Shown: positions 1-12,572 of the stretch, piece after piece | Layout: every line of letters starts with the position of its first letter | How positions within the stretch are numbered: position 1 is the first letter of the stretch | Origin: Gekko japonicus | Lineage: Eukaryota | Length of the DNA stretch: 64,000 bases | NCBI RefSeq assembly: GCF_001447785.1 | Contig: NW_015161404.1 | Coordinates: 2,470,187-2,534,186 of the forward strand | Direction: 5' to 3' | The notes under the pieces: generated by a model | Database searches by the model: none | The model's input: the letters and a program-made list of their open reading frames with translations, nothing else | Told to the model about the DNA's origin: nothing | Program-made: the position numbers and the translations under genes

Positions 1-802
1 CTGTAAATGTAACTTGTAACTTGCTCACTCTGTGGCTGAGAAACCTGGACAGGTGGCTCTTTCACATGCTGCCTGTGGATTTTCTGAGCACTGGTCCCCA
101 ATGTGGCAGCTGCCACATATTGCATAAAACTGGGCAATGCCTGTTGCCTGTTAGTACTTGTTACTGACAGGTGGTTCCAACCTTAAAACAGCTGCTGCCA
201 GAGGAACTGGAGGACAAGTGATATATGAGTCCCCCTGAGCTGTGGGCCAGCCTCATGCCAGGGATGGAAGTAAAGGGCCCATCCTTTCCACACACCTCCA
301 CAGCTTCTGCACTCCCATCCAAGCACCCATGTGGTTGCCAGGAGGAGAGCAAGCTGGCAGAGAAAAGTGAATAAAATGACCATCACCATGGCAGCCACTG
401 GGGAAAAGAGCAAACTGGGGTGGTAATGGTTTTACTCCCATTTCTCTATGGCCAGCTTGGTAATCTTACTGTCTAGCTTCAGTTGCTGTGCCTTATGCTG
501 GGAAGAGAGAGGGGTATTGTATGCATGTTGGTGGGATGGCATATAGGGCATACATGACCATGTGGCTCTTTTGGCTGATGATAATTGCACAGCCCCTATG
601 AAATATGGGTTCAAAGCCACGTTTTAAAATTTTAAATGAAGTATTTGTTTGGAATTGTTTTTCAAACAGTGCATAACAGCTCCTTTAAGAATTCCAACAC
701 ACACTTTTGGAGAAGAATCTGGACCCAGTTTTCTTAGACACTCTTGAGTTCTAGTTCGCATCCCAACCATTCCAACAACATTAATGAGGTTTTCTGACTT
801 AC

Positions 803-987
803 CTTGGATCTGGATGCTGTTTGACTGAAAAGAGGAATTTGTTAATGGCTCATATGGCTTCATGTGGGTTCCCACAATTTGCTGGGTACTGGAAGGCTGC
901 AGTGTCCTTTTCTGATTCAAGGGTGGGGGAGCAGGAATTCTTCTGGGGCTTATATGGTGAGGAGAAAAGGGAGCAGTAGCTGAATAT
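803..987 (-). CDS. GLIS3: GLIS3 coding exon (R-YSATAPFSPHHISPRRIPAPPPLNQKRTLQPSSTQQIVGTHMKPYEPLTNSSFQSNSIQIQ-G)
   Basis: Acceptor aattccccag|A, donor CAAG|gtaagt; 185 nt, phase 2-1; SPHHISPRR and TNSSFQ motifs. Remaining 3' exons lie left of the window. Confidence 0.93.
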
Positions 988-2800
988 CTGGGGAATTAAG
1001 GAAAAAGCCAACATTAGAAGCAGACAACTTTGTTGCCTTAAAGCTAATATCTAAATAATTTTATCCTCCATATATTCTTTTAATGCTATAAAAATGAATT
1101 TTTGCACTTGCTCCTGCCTGATGGATTGAGCTCAAGGATTAGTTCCTGTCTTGGGGAGTGGCAACAAGAGAGATTGTCAGGAAGTGATACAAAAGACTTC
1201 TCCTCAAACTGAACTATACTTCTGTTTAACTTGAGATATAGAAAGTATATTGGATCTTAATGATGACTTACAGGCACCATAATGACATTCAGGTACTTTT
1301 TCTCACAATGCTTTGGGAAAAGCTCACACAAACAAGGCCTGCTGGGATTTGAGTAAGCAATTATACAAACATTTTGGAATCAATCTCAATCCCCAAATAT
1401 TTAGGGCTCCTGCTGTGTATGTCGACATATTAATACAGCTAGAAGTTTAAGTTCTACAATTGCAGGTTTGCAGATCTTTCAGGGGAATAGAAAAAAGGTG
1501 GGATTGCTTTTTACATTTTTGCATTCACATGGAAAAATTATTGATTTGCTGCCAGGGATCAGAAACAATGCACAGGTGGGTGCCTTTTTTGTGTGAAGAA
1601 TTCTGGGATATTATCCTCTGTGTTTTGCAAAATTCACCTGTGAAATCTAATCAATGAAAAATGGCTTTAACTGTCAGCCAACAACACAGGGGAAAAATCC
1701 TTTTGAAAGCTTTACATAAAAGGACAGTTTTAAAGATTTCAAATTGGATTTAACATCTAAGAAAAGCTTCCCAGTGATAATTCAGCATTTTGTATAGCTA
1801 GGCCGGTCTTCTTTTTAGCAGACTGTAGTGGTCTTTATAATGATTTATGAATCGCTTCATGAATTCCTGGCTTACTCAAGTTGGTGACTATAGCATCTAC
1901 TTATACAGCCTGCCCATCTCACAAAAGAGAAACTTGGCCTTGTTTCAATCCAGATTTGTCCCCAAATAAATCACAGAGTGTTACTGGGGGAACAGCAAAT
2001 TAAATTTTGTGTATGCAACAATCGATACCAGCTTGTAACCACCGGGAAACTGCCATCAGAGATTTTGCCCATGGCCTGAAGTCCATGCTTGCAATAAGAA
2101 CCCAGATATTTTTTTTAAAGTCCTGCTTTGTACCTCATTCTGACTTCAAAAGCTAAGCAGACCAGATCATTCAAAGGTTTTATCCAATTCTCTATTGCCA
2201 AGAGCCTTCAAATGAAGTTAGTGATGGGGAATGGGCATGTGTGGCTGCAGTAAGGAATTTAATTAAAGTCCAGGAATACTGCATAAGACAGAAGCATGGT
2301 GCCAAAGTCAGGAAAGAAGATGGGAATGAAATAAGACAATAAAATGTCAGAATAACTTTCAGTTTGGAATGTTTCCAACACTGCTGAACATTGGAAATAA
2401 TTTTGTTTGGATTTGGAGAATTTACTATGTTTCCAAATAAGGGTGTGGCTCAGGTTGGATTGTGATGAATAAATAGGTGACTGCACATTGCTACTACTTA
2501 ATTCCAGGTTCAGCCCTTACTGTCAGCCAGATCTGTGATTAGATATTTTGATGCTTCCAGTTTTATTGCACAGGAGCCCTTGGTGCTGCAAAATTGATTA
2601 GTACTGCACCACTGGATACAGTCTTTTCAACCTTTTCCCCTCACATTTTAGAAATTTCACTCACAAATGTATATGTAAAGCAGCTATTTATCCCACAGAA
2701 GGAAAATATTGGATACCTCGTATTAACTGTGACTTGCTAGTTATGATTCTGCTGACACCAAAGTTCATTTTCCCAGGCATCAGGAAAATCAGTGAGAGGA

Positions 2801-3388
2801 AACAGTTGCCAACTCTGTTGGGAAATTCTTGGATATTTGGGGGTAGATCCTGGGGAGGGTATGGGGAGGGAAGGGACCTCAGCAGATATAATACAATGGA
2901 GTCTACCTTCCAAAGCAGACATTTTCTCCAGGGGAAGTGATCTCTTGAGATCAATTGTAATTATGGAATATCTCTAGGACTCAGGACTATTTTTGGGCAG
3001 GAACGCACAGGAACGGAATTCCGGCTGGCTCCCAAGTTGGCCACACCCAGCAGGAACTCATTAGCATAATAGGCCACACCATAATAGCCCACACCCAGTG
3101 GCAGGAAGTCATTAGGATTGGCTACATTAGGTGTGTGTGGACTAACATGCAAAGGAGTTCCTGGTACAAAAAAAGCCCTGGGTTTTGACAACAAACAAGG
3201 TAAACAGAATAAGAAGCAAAAGGTGGGTGTGGCTGGATGACCACACTTCTGGTAACATGGCGTGTGTGGCCTAATATGCTAATGAGCTGTGCTGTCAGGG
3301 GTGTGGCCTATTATGCTAATGAGTTCCTGCTGGACTTTTTCTACCAAAAAAGCCCTGCTAGGACTTACCTGCAAGATGGCAACCTTAG
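2801..3388. mobile_element. Decayed hAT-type MITE (TAGGGTTGCCA family), host of a nested MITE
   Basis: Degenerate ends cagttgccaac ... gatggcaacctta; body resembles the copy at 60540-60765. Confidence 0.7.
2982..3357 (+). mobile_element. hAT MITE (CAGGGCTTTTT TIR family)
   Basis: TIRs caggactattttt ... aaaaaagccctg; perfect 8-bp TSD CTAGGACT at 2974-2981 and 3358-3365. Confidence 0.9.
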
Positions 3389-4324
3389 ATTAATCAGTTA
3401 ACCCAAATGACCACTATGTTGTTCAAACCCCCCCCCCCATTAGCTCATAGTTTGGGAGCGCCCCATGATCATAAATAAGCATGAATTTTGCTTATTTGAG
3501 TTATGCTGTCATCTGGGTCGATGCATGTATTACCCAGGCAGGGAAGTGGTCATGCAAGTGAAGAAAACTAACAGTAACTTTGTTTAGGATTGCACTGTGG
3601 GACCCTTACGGCAGAATTGTCTATATACTCTGACACATAAATGCAGATCCAGAGAAATGCACATAATAGTTGTTTCCCTTCAAGGATTTATCCTCTTGGG
3701 TTTCCTATTGCTTTACAGAGTACTTTTCTTTCCGCAAGAACATAATCATTTCAAAACTTTGGGCTATGCTCAATTCTTACAGAAGAGAGCAGAGACAGCA
3801 GAAATTCCTATTGTAAGAAAGGAATAGCTTCTCATTCTGTCATAGGCAAGAAGTTAAGCTGGTTCAAAGATCCCTATGAAGAGTTTCTCTCCAGGCCTCA
3901 AAGGAAGGTCTTTCAGTTACAGTGGAAAGCTTCCAGTGCCTGTTTCCTTTGTTTCAACCTCTGCTCTTCTTTGGATTATTCCTCTATACTTGGAAGCCAT
4001 TCTTGTCTGGTTAGAACTTTCTGGCAAGTAAAGTGGAACTAAGATAACTGTTTTGTGTTTCCAAAGCTTCTTAATATCCTCTGGGTTTTTGTCTCTGATT
4101 CTGTTAAAAAGGTTTCATTTTCCCAGCTTCCCAAGAATAGTGATGTTTCCTCAGATAAGAATAGTTCAGTCCCTCCTGAGTCTTCCCTGCAGTGGAATGT
4201 AGTGCCTCTCAAAATCAGGTTGAAAAAAGTTCTGGGAGATAGATATTCAATGGCAGTGCACATTTATTATTGCAGTTGTAGAAGAAAACACAAGAATGTA
4301 ATATGAATAAGGAATCTGTGCAGT

Positions 4325-4835
4325 TAGGGTTGCCAGCTCTGGGTTGGAGAACTCCTAGAAATTTGGAGGGTGGAGCCTGGGAAGGGTGTGCTTGGAGAAG
4401 CTCAGCAGGCTGCCTTCAAAGCAGCCATTTTCTCCAGGGGACCTGATCTCTCTCGTCTGGAGATCAGTTATAATTAGGGGCAGGGCTTTTTTGGTAGAAA
4501 AAGCCCAGCAGGAACTCATTAGCATAATAGGCCACACCCAACAGCAGAAACTCATTAGCATATTAGGCCACACCCCAACAGCGCAGCTCATTAGCATATT
4601 AGGCCACAAACCCCATGCCTTCCCTTGGCTTGCCCGGGCAAGCCCCCCTTGAAGGGAAGGGAAGGGAAGGCAGTTTAAACTGCCTTCCCTTGGGTTGCCC
4701 GGGCGCCCCTTCCCTCTCTAGCCATGCACACAGAGGTTTTGGCTGTAGTGGGCGTGGCCAACTCTGAAGCCAGCCGGAACTCCATTCCTGTGCGTTCCTG
4801 CCCCAAAATAGCCCTGATTAGGGGAGATATCTCTC
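4325..4835. mobile_element. Truncated hAT MITE (TAGGGTTGCCA family), host of a nested MITE
   Basis: Left TIR tagggttgccag; body like 60540-60765; right TIR not found. Confidence 0.7.
4481..4816 (-). mobile_element. hAT MITE (CAGGGCTTTTT TIR family)
   Basis: TIRs cagggcttttt ... aaaatagccctg; perfect 8-bp TSD ATTAGGGG. Confidence 0.9.
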
Positions 4836-5149
4836 AGTTATATACTTGTGAACATTGTTTGCAATATCTTATGGTTTTAAACAAATAAAATGAACAAAAA
4901 TGAACACAATTGAAAGAACATTTAAAACAACATAGGATTAAGAAGGAAGAGAGACTGCAAAGAGAGTGTACAGTGAGAAAACATGAAATAAACTTCACTG
5001 AACTCCATGGGATTTATTTCATTACTCCCCCTCAGCATGGCAAACCAGTGAGAAAAACTGTCCCACACAGACACACATTGTGAAACGAACTGAGAAAGGC
5101 TCACTAATGCTTAAGGGAACAGAGCAAGAAAAAACCTCTGTAGGAATCC

Positions 5150-5355
5150 AGATTTTCTTATTTTAACGCTTTTCTTAACTGAAAAATGTAGTAGCTGCAA
5201 TTTTGAGATATGTATTCGTGGGAAAGCTTCTAGCTACTGTTGAAGTTCCAATATCTGCACAGTTGGCACTGGTGGAAGCTGTGTGATATATATTTTCCTG
5301 TATTTCCATTATGTTTTGTGCTTTCATGCCAATAAAGGTTTTGTGTGTGTGTGAT
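5150..5355 (+). mobile_element. Probable RTE-X-like LINE 3' fragment
   Basis: Ends ccaataaagg plus (tg)n; 3' architecture resembles 61972-62330. Confidence 0.35.
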
Positions 5356-5709
5356 ATGTTTATTGCATACATTACATGGTCTGCTTCCCCTTTGTTACTA
5401 CAAGTGGCCTGTCTCGATATTGGAGGAAATTGACTATGAGACAGAGGAGGCCAGAAGGGTACAAGAGATTACACCTATATATACCAAGGTCCAGTTCAGA
5501 ATGAAGACTCCGGATTTAAAGAGTGTTCAGTGGTTTTTTTTAAAGAATACCTCTGCATACAATCACGCTAAACAATCAAAATACACATACAATCCAGAAC
5601 TAAGAAATAAAGAGGTGATGATAGAGATATTTGAGGAGCAGTTATAGGGGTCATACTACCTGTCCAGATGTCTGTGTAGAAGAAAGCATTAACAGTCAGT
5701 GTTCCATGC

Positions 5710-6245
5710 TGTCATGATCTGGGCTGTGCCACCAGAGGCCTACTAGGCTCAGGGATCCTGGCTAGCAGTAGGTGAGGCTGGGCCTACAACTCCCAGAAGC
5801 CCCTGAGAGGTTTTGGAGCCAAAATTGACCAATAGGAAAAGAGGAGGGCTTGGAATAAAAGATCTGGAGCAGCAGGAAAAGCAGTTCTTCTTCACAGAGG
5901 GCAGAGCCAGAAGGAAGGCTGCTGCAGGGAAGAGACCCTCATCCTGAGGGAAGGGTGAGTAGTCTAAGGCCACTGCAAATAGAGAGCTAGGGACACTACA
6001 TATTTAGATGCCTTAGGGCATTTGATTGCTTTTCTTTTCACCCACTTACTGTTATAATTCTGCACCTTGTTTGTTTGACCTCTCCTAAAATAAACTATTT
6101 TTATTGTTCACTCTGCCTGGTCCTCACATCTATTATTCAGTCAAAGGGAGGTCTAAAGGCCTGGGAAGGTGCTCTGGGCCTTCTCAGAGGAGCCTGGAAC
6201 CAGAGTGGTGGCAGCCTCAGGTGACACCCCACCTGAGCTGTGACA
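5710..6245 (+). mobile_element. Solo LTR (Gypsy/ERV type)
   Basis: TGTCA...TGACA termini, 5-bp TSD CATGC, internal AATAAA. Confidence 0.85.
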
Positions 6246-6646
6246 CATGCTAAGAAAGGAGACCCAAAGAAAGAGGCTTTGGGGGTGTACCCTATAGTAG
6301 GTGCTGTCAGAGTGCACACTGAGGCAGGGCTTACTCTCTACTTTTATAGGAATTCAAGGGGCAGTCTCCTGGACCGTGACGTGATTAAATTAATGATCAT
6401 TGATGGTCTTACCAGTGCAGATTGAATGTGTTTGAGGACTGGTGATGGTCCTACCAAGGTAGGTTGAATGGATTCTCAGACGTAGACAAAGGGAGGAAAT
6501 GTGTCACTAATACTTGTCAGGAAGAATTGTTGATGATTTAATCAATTTGATCAATTTGTCTCGGTATCCCAAGGGAGGGGGCAGGATGAGCAAGTGTTGA
6601 GACAAAAGATTTCCATATAGACATAGGTATCATACAAAGGGGACTT

Positions 6647-7155
6647 TGTCAGGGTATGGTGACAGAGAAGGTTTCACCAGATGACTGCTGAATAGCGTTG
6701 GAAATGCAGATACCTACCTGAAGGAACTCGTGGTCATTCCATATGTATACCTTTGCTGGGTGGAGAGAGATATGGAGATTGCCGTCGAGGGTGCCTTGTG
6801 TAACCTTAGACTGAAACCCTATGCTGAGCTTGGCTAGCTCTTTAGCACAAGTCAAGAGTATTCTCTTTGGCCTGATTTTATGGGTCTCTGGTTCAGGTCA
6901 GAAGTGGGCTACTCCACTGTTAGGGCTACCCCATGAGTAAGGCAGTGCCTCTGAGCAACACCTGATATTTGTGTGTGTTGGTTTAGTCTCATTGGTTGGA
7001 GTCCTTGCTGAGCTAGAAGTATAGATTGCCCTTGTTCTGAAATCAGTTGCTCATGCTCCTATATTTCCTTGTTAATAAATAGATGTTTTGAGCACACCCA
7101 CCTTTAATGTATGAACCCAAGAGCAGGAACCTGAGTGAGTACCCTCACCCTGACA
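6647..7155 (+). mobile_element. Probable solo LTR
   Basis: 9-bp inverted termini tgtcagggt...accctgaca, AATAAA near 7074; no TSD seen. Confidence 0.6.
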
Positions 7156-7399
7156 TACAAGTAAAAGAAGGTGGTCTCCTTAAGGCAAATGGCAGAATGC
7201 AGGCTACCCACCTCCTTACTATCCTTACTGGACAGTTCAGGTGGTGTCAGGCTGCCAGCTATGTAGTCCATCTCTCTTTAATTCAGCACCATAGACAAGC
7301 AAGCCCCCCCCCCGTTAAACCAGGCACATCCAACTCAGTAAATGTGGTGTTCTTAGATGCAGTAGTTAGATTCAAGTCCAGTAGCACCTTAGAGTCCAA

Positions 7400-7441
7400 C
7401 ATATAAGCTTTCAAGAGTCAAAGTTCCCTTCATCAGACATG
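7400..7441 (-). ncRNA. Minimal type I hammerhead ribozyme motif in a Penelope-like repeat fragment
   Basis: Minus strand reads CAUGU-CUGAUGA-A-GGGA..UCUU-GAAA-GC-UU-AUAUG: core boxes intact, stem I 5 bp, weak stem II, palindromic AAGCUU. Confidence 0.6.
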
Positions 7442-7781
7442 AGTATGAATGGAGATTTCTGAGTCTTTTTATCACAGAAGGTGGGATGGGTGTTGTAAAG
7501 AATGCTTGTAAAGGATGCAAAGGTACAATGCATATTGTAATCAGCTACCTTCTGAACATAGATATAGCAGTGGCTATAAACCACAGGGCCTGTTGGGGCA
7601 TGTAGTATTGTAGGACAGGAAACAGGAAATAGAAGGGTAGAGTTTTGGCTTAGGCTATGTTACTGAATGATGCAACAGCTGTTATGCTTGTTTAAAGATT
7701 TACAATAAAGGTTCTTTGGAATCAAAATCATACTCAGTAACTTGATACAACAGCACAGTAGTTCATTATTCAGGTACAGGT

Positions 7782-9085
7782 ATCATAGAATCATAGAGTT
7801 GGAAGGGACCCCAAGGTCATCTAGTCCAACCCCCTTCACAAAGCAGGAAATTCACAAATACCTCACCCCCACACCTCCAGTGACCACTGTTCCACGCCCA
7901 GAAGATGACAAAAACCTCCAGGATCTCCAGCCAAACTCGCCTGGAGAAAAATTGCTTCCTGACCCCAAAGTGGCGATCAGCATTTCCCTGGGTGTGTAAG
8001 AAAGGGACACAAGAACTAAACACTAAGGCAACCCTGCCTGCCCTCCCTCTCATGATCTGGCTAAGTTCACACAATCAGCATTGCTGTGAGATGGCCATCC
8101 AGCTTCTTTTTGAAAACCTCTAAAGAAGGAGCCCACCACCTCCCGAGGAAGCCTGTTCCAATGAGGAACCACTATAACTGTTAGGAAGATCTTCCTAATG
8201 TTTAGTCGAAAACCCTTCTGATTTAATTTCAATCTGTTGGTTCTATCTGATCTTCTGGGGCAACAGAAAACAACTCTGTACCATCCTCTATATGACAGCC
8301 CTTTAAGTACTTGAAGACAGTTATGATATCACCTCTCAGTTGTCTCCCCTCCAGGCTAAACATTCCCAGCTCCTTCAACCTTTCCTCATAGGACTTGGTT
8401 TCCAGACCCCTCACCATCTTCGTTGCCCTCCTCTGGACACGTTCCAGCTTGTCTATATCCGTCTTAAATTGTGGTGCCCAAAACTGAACACAATACTCTA
8501 GGTGAGGTCTAATCAGAGCAAAGTAAAGCGACACCATCACTTCACGTGATCTGGACACTATACTTCTGTTGATACAGCCCAAAATTTCATTTGCCTTTTT
8601 AGCTACTACATCACACTGCTGACTCATGTTCAGTGTATGGTCTACTAAGACCCCTAGATCCTTTTCACACATACTACTGCCAAGACAAGTCTCCCCCAAT
8701 CTATAATTATGCATTTGATTTTTCCTGCCTAAATGCAGAACTTTACATTTACCCCCATTGAAATTCATTAAATTTCTTTTAGCCCAATTTTCCAGCCTGC
8801 CGAGATCATCCTGTATCCTGACTCTGTCTTCTACCATATTTGCTGCCCCTCCCAGTTTAGTATTATCTGCAAATTTAATAAGCAATCCCTCTATTCCTTC
8901 ATCCATATCATTGATAAAGCTGTTGAACAAAACAGGTCCAGGACAAATCCTTGAGGCACTCCACTTGTCACTGCTCTCCAAGAGGATGAGGAACCATTAA
9001 TAAGCACTCTTTGGGTGCGATATGTCAACCAGTTACAGATCCACCTAAGAGTAATAGGATCCAAACCACATTTTACTATCCTTAT
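7782..9085 (-). mobile_element. 5'-truncated CR1 LINE (end of RT domain plus 3' UTR)
   Basis: GVPQG, KFADNTKL and HLEYCVQFWAP motifs with frameshifts; (ATTCTATG)n tail. Confidence 0.95.
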
Positions 9086-9236
9086 AGCTCTCTCTAAGTC
9101 CATGAGAATCAAATTGGTCCATGAAAATCAAATGACCAGGCCTGTCAATCTTTCTCCAGGTGGGAGAAGAACAAATGACTGTCTCAGATGAGAAAATATG
9201 ATGGCTACCATGACCCACATAAATGTCTCTTTGATG

Positions 9237-9644
9237 TAGGGTTACCAGGTCCCCCCAGATCCCCCGGTTTCTGGTGCTTTACCCCAGCACCAGCCAGCTG
9301 GCCAGAGGGGGGCAGTTACTACCCGAAACACAATGTGCCTATGTTAACTGAAAGTGACATAGGCACATCAGTGATGTCAGGACAATGCTCTGGTTTTGGG
9401 GCAAAACTCTATGGTAGTATTTGCTTCAAAACATAGAGTTTTGCCCAAAAACCAGAGCATCACCTCCTGACATCACTGATGTGCCTACGTCATTTCCAGG
9501 TAACGTAGGTACGTCATCCCTGACATTCCCAATGTTCCTACATCACCTGGAGGTGACATAGGCATGGCCTGCTTCTTCCATCCCTTCTTCTGAAGCATCC
9601 CATTAAGTCCCCTGCCAACTTGCCATTTGGACCTGGCAACCCTA
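9237..9644. mobile_element. hAT MITE (TAGGGTTGCCA family)
   Basis: TIRs tagggttaccaggtcc ... ggacctggcaacccta; TSD CTTTGATG/CTTTGAAG; internal palindrome. Confidence 0.85.
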
Positions 9645-9912
9645 CTTTGAAGCCTCCATTTCCCTTCCTATTCCAAATCAGGCCTATACAATAAAACAAA
9701 TCTAGGGCGGATTCTTTTTTTAAAAAAACAAACACCCATTTTTAAAAAATACCCATTTCACTCAGGACATTTAACTCAGGCTTCCAGCCCATGCCAATGC
9801 AGAAGGAGGTAGCTATGTTCTGTTAATAAACGGGGAATGCCTAGAGGATTCAGATGGACATGTGTTGTTCTTAAGATGGCTGCTGGAATTAAAGCAATTA
9901 GGGTCTCTAGAG

Positions 9913-10333
9913 CAGAGATGTCAAACTCATTTGTTATGAGGGCTGGATCTGACATAAAGGTCACTTTGTTCAGTCGGGCCATGTGTGCCATAAAACATAA
10001 TGCCAGGTGCTGGAGATATAAAAAGGATAGCAACTGGAAAGCTCCAAGTTGGTGCATCCTCACTGCAAGGCCCCATGAGCTAGGAGGGGGGTGCAAAGGA
10101 AAACCCATATGGGCGGACTGGAGAGCCAGCGGTGCAGCACTGGGCAGAAGCTCCCATGCTGCTTGATTGCTGCAGATGAGGTTGTTCTGCCATGCTGGAG
10201 CCACATTCGGAGTGGCTCTGCCCACTCCCCTGAGCAGCCTCCTGTTTTTTCCCTTGTACTAGTTGCTCGTGGGTTGCATAAGAGCTCTGGGTGGGCCAGT
10301 TCTGGCCCCCAGGCCTTATGTTTGACACCCCTG
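9913..10333. mobile_element. hAT-Charlie-like MITE
   Basis: TIRs cagagatgtcaaac ... gtttgacacccctg; perfect 8-bp TSD CTCTAGAG. Confidence 0.85.
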
Positions 10334-10796
10334 CTCTAGAGTATGGTTGCCATATCCAGTTCCCCAAATCCAGGGGACCTCATTTGCATTTTATGCAAAT
10401 CAGTCATATTAATAGTTGCTTAATCTGAAAAACAAGTATCAAACACTGGATATGTGAAACAGTAATGACAGAAATGGATTATCTAACCATGTACTGAGTG
10501 CATTCTTCACCACTAAGCAGCAAGCATGTCTCTGCTAGTCTAGCATTAGGTATCAAGGATTCCAGTATGCTTCAGTCTTGGCACCATTTATATACTAAGT
10601 GCACACTGATCTCTGAAAGTAATAGCAACAAAAGTCTTTAAAATACTTTAATGGTGCCAATTGCCACACAAAAATATTCCTTGCACAGGCAGAATTCAAG
10701 AACATGCTGTTCTTCTCATGAATATCTTTTTAAATATTGTACACTCATTCTGAAGCTTTCAATAGGCAAAAAAACATAAACACATGTGTGTGTTAT

Positions 10797-11380
10797 GTGC
10801 CATCTCATGTTGGATCTTCTTCTTTTCCTGCTGCCTTCAACTTTTTCTGGCATTATTGTCTTTTCCAGTAACTCTTGTCTTCTAATCTGACCAAAGAACA
10901 ATAGCCTCAGTTTAATCATTTTAACTTCTAGGGAGAGGTCAGGCTTGATTTCAGCCACTGAGTCGTCTTTTTGGTGGTCCTTGTAGGGTTGCCAAGTCAA
11001 TTTTTCTTACTGGCAGGGGAGCCTTGCCGGGCTCCAGGAGCTGTCCGTCAATGTGTGTGCGCGCGCAAAGCATGCGTGCGCCGCCAGCACGTCACCGGAA
11101 GTGATGCACGACGTCAATCATGTTGAAGGCGTGGCCCCGATCGTTGGAGGGAAAACCACAGAGTTTTTCCTCCGACGATCGGGGCCACGGCCCCAACGTG
11201 ATTGATGTGGTTGCGTCACCTCTGGTGACGCAGCCACGCTGCGCTTCGGGGGGCGGAGTTCCCCCCGGGGCCCAATTCCGCGGCGCCGGGAATCAGGCCT
11301 CCGAAACGGGGGTTTACCCGCTCCCACTTGGCAGCCCTAGGTCCTTGGTATCTGTAAAACTCTCTTCCAACACCACAGGA
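10797..11380 (-). mobile_element. RTE-BovB LINE 3' fragment split by a MITE
   Basis: SLEVKMIKLRLLFFGQIRRQELLEKTIMPEKVEGSRKRRRSNMRW resembles the BovB C-terminus. Confidence 0.8.
10984..11339. mobile_element. Young CpG-rich hAT MITE
   Basis: TIRs tagggttgccaag ... cttggcagcccta; perfect 8-bp TSD GGTCCTTG. Confidence 0.9.
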
Positions 11381-11859
11381 TGCTGCTGATACTTTAAATA
11401 GGACACACAGCACAAGGCAACATCACTTGAACCTCAAACTGGGTGAACTTGGAGCACACAAGTGAGAATTGAAATGACGGGAGGGGAACCATGGGGAATA
11501 CACACTTTGCACAAAAGGGAGGGGACATTTTGCACACAAAAAATTGGATAAATGAACACTACTAAAACATATTGATAACACTTGTGCACGCAGAACTCTT
11601 ACACATCCCCAGCCTCAGAACTACAGACACAAACACTTAAAAGGAACCATTATTTTACTCTCCCAGCTAAGGATTCAAGCACCTCACACAAGTATGCAAG
11701 AGAAATGCCATGCCTCAAAGTAGGACACTTCTACCACCACCACCACAGTGTGGCTACTCAAACATGAGAGGCAACATCAAAGCAGTGGAGGGTGAAGAAT
11801 GTGAAACACAAGATCCTCCAGCTGGTGCCATCATTACACAGTTTTTTAAAAAAATGTTT

Positions 11860-12077
11860 TTCTTAGTTTACACCTTTCTCCCCAGTAGGAACCCAAAGTT
11901 GCTTACATTTCTCTCCTTTCCTCCATTTTATTTTCAAAACAACCCTGTGAGATAGGTTAGGCTGAGAGTGTGTGACTGACCTGAAGTTACCCAGCATGCT
12001 TCCATGGCAGACCAGGGATGTAAAGCCAGGTCTCTCAGGCCCTAGCTCAATACGAATCACACCACCACCACACTGGG
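11860..12077 (-). mobile_element. Squam3-like tRNA SINE
   Basis: Reverse of ccagtgtggtg..gg head; cctatctcacagggttgtt body. Confidence 0.75.
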
Positions 12078-12572
12078 CACGTCATTCACAGAACTGGCTT
12101 CCCTTGGCAATGGGGGGTTTACAGCAGGTCTTGACAAAATTTCTTTTGCTGTGTAAGTTGGCCCCCAAATTAAGCACCAAACTCATTTTTCAGACTGCAG
12201 AGTTTTGTGTTTTAATTACCATATTTTCTAATTATTGCCACCACAGGAAGCTACTACTAAACACTTGACAGTTTCTTGGAATTCTGTTCAAGCTACGATA
12301 AAAATGTTGAGGTATGAGGGTAACTCTGGCTATAATCATAATGAAATCATTGCTGAAAAAATTAGGTTCTGCAATGAAATTTCTAGGTGCCAGGGCTACT
12401 TGGCACCTGGGATTTATCAAGCCCTGGTGTACAGTATTTTGGTGCTTAGCCATTTCAGATGCAAGAAAGAGTTCAGCATAGAAACCACAAGCAAGATAAT
12501 TAATAAGCTTATCAGGAAGTACATTACTGCAACCAACCACCAATCCTGGAATTGGGCTTGGCTTTGAAAAAA

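Noticed and set aside
161-352. ORF ending LIYHLSSSSSGSS that loosely recalls the GLIS3 C-terminal exons
   Set aside because: Similarity is limited to a serine run and the expected next-exon motifs are absent; the real exons probably lie outside the window
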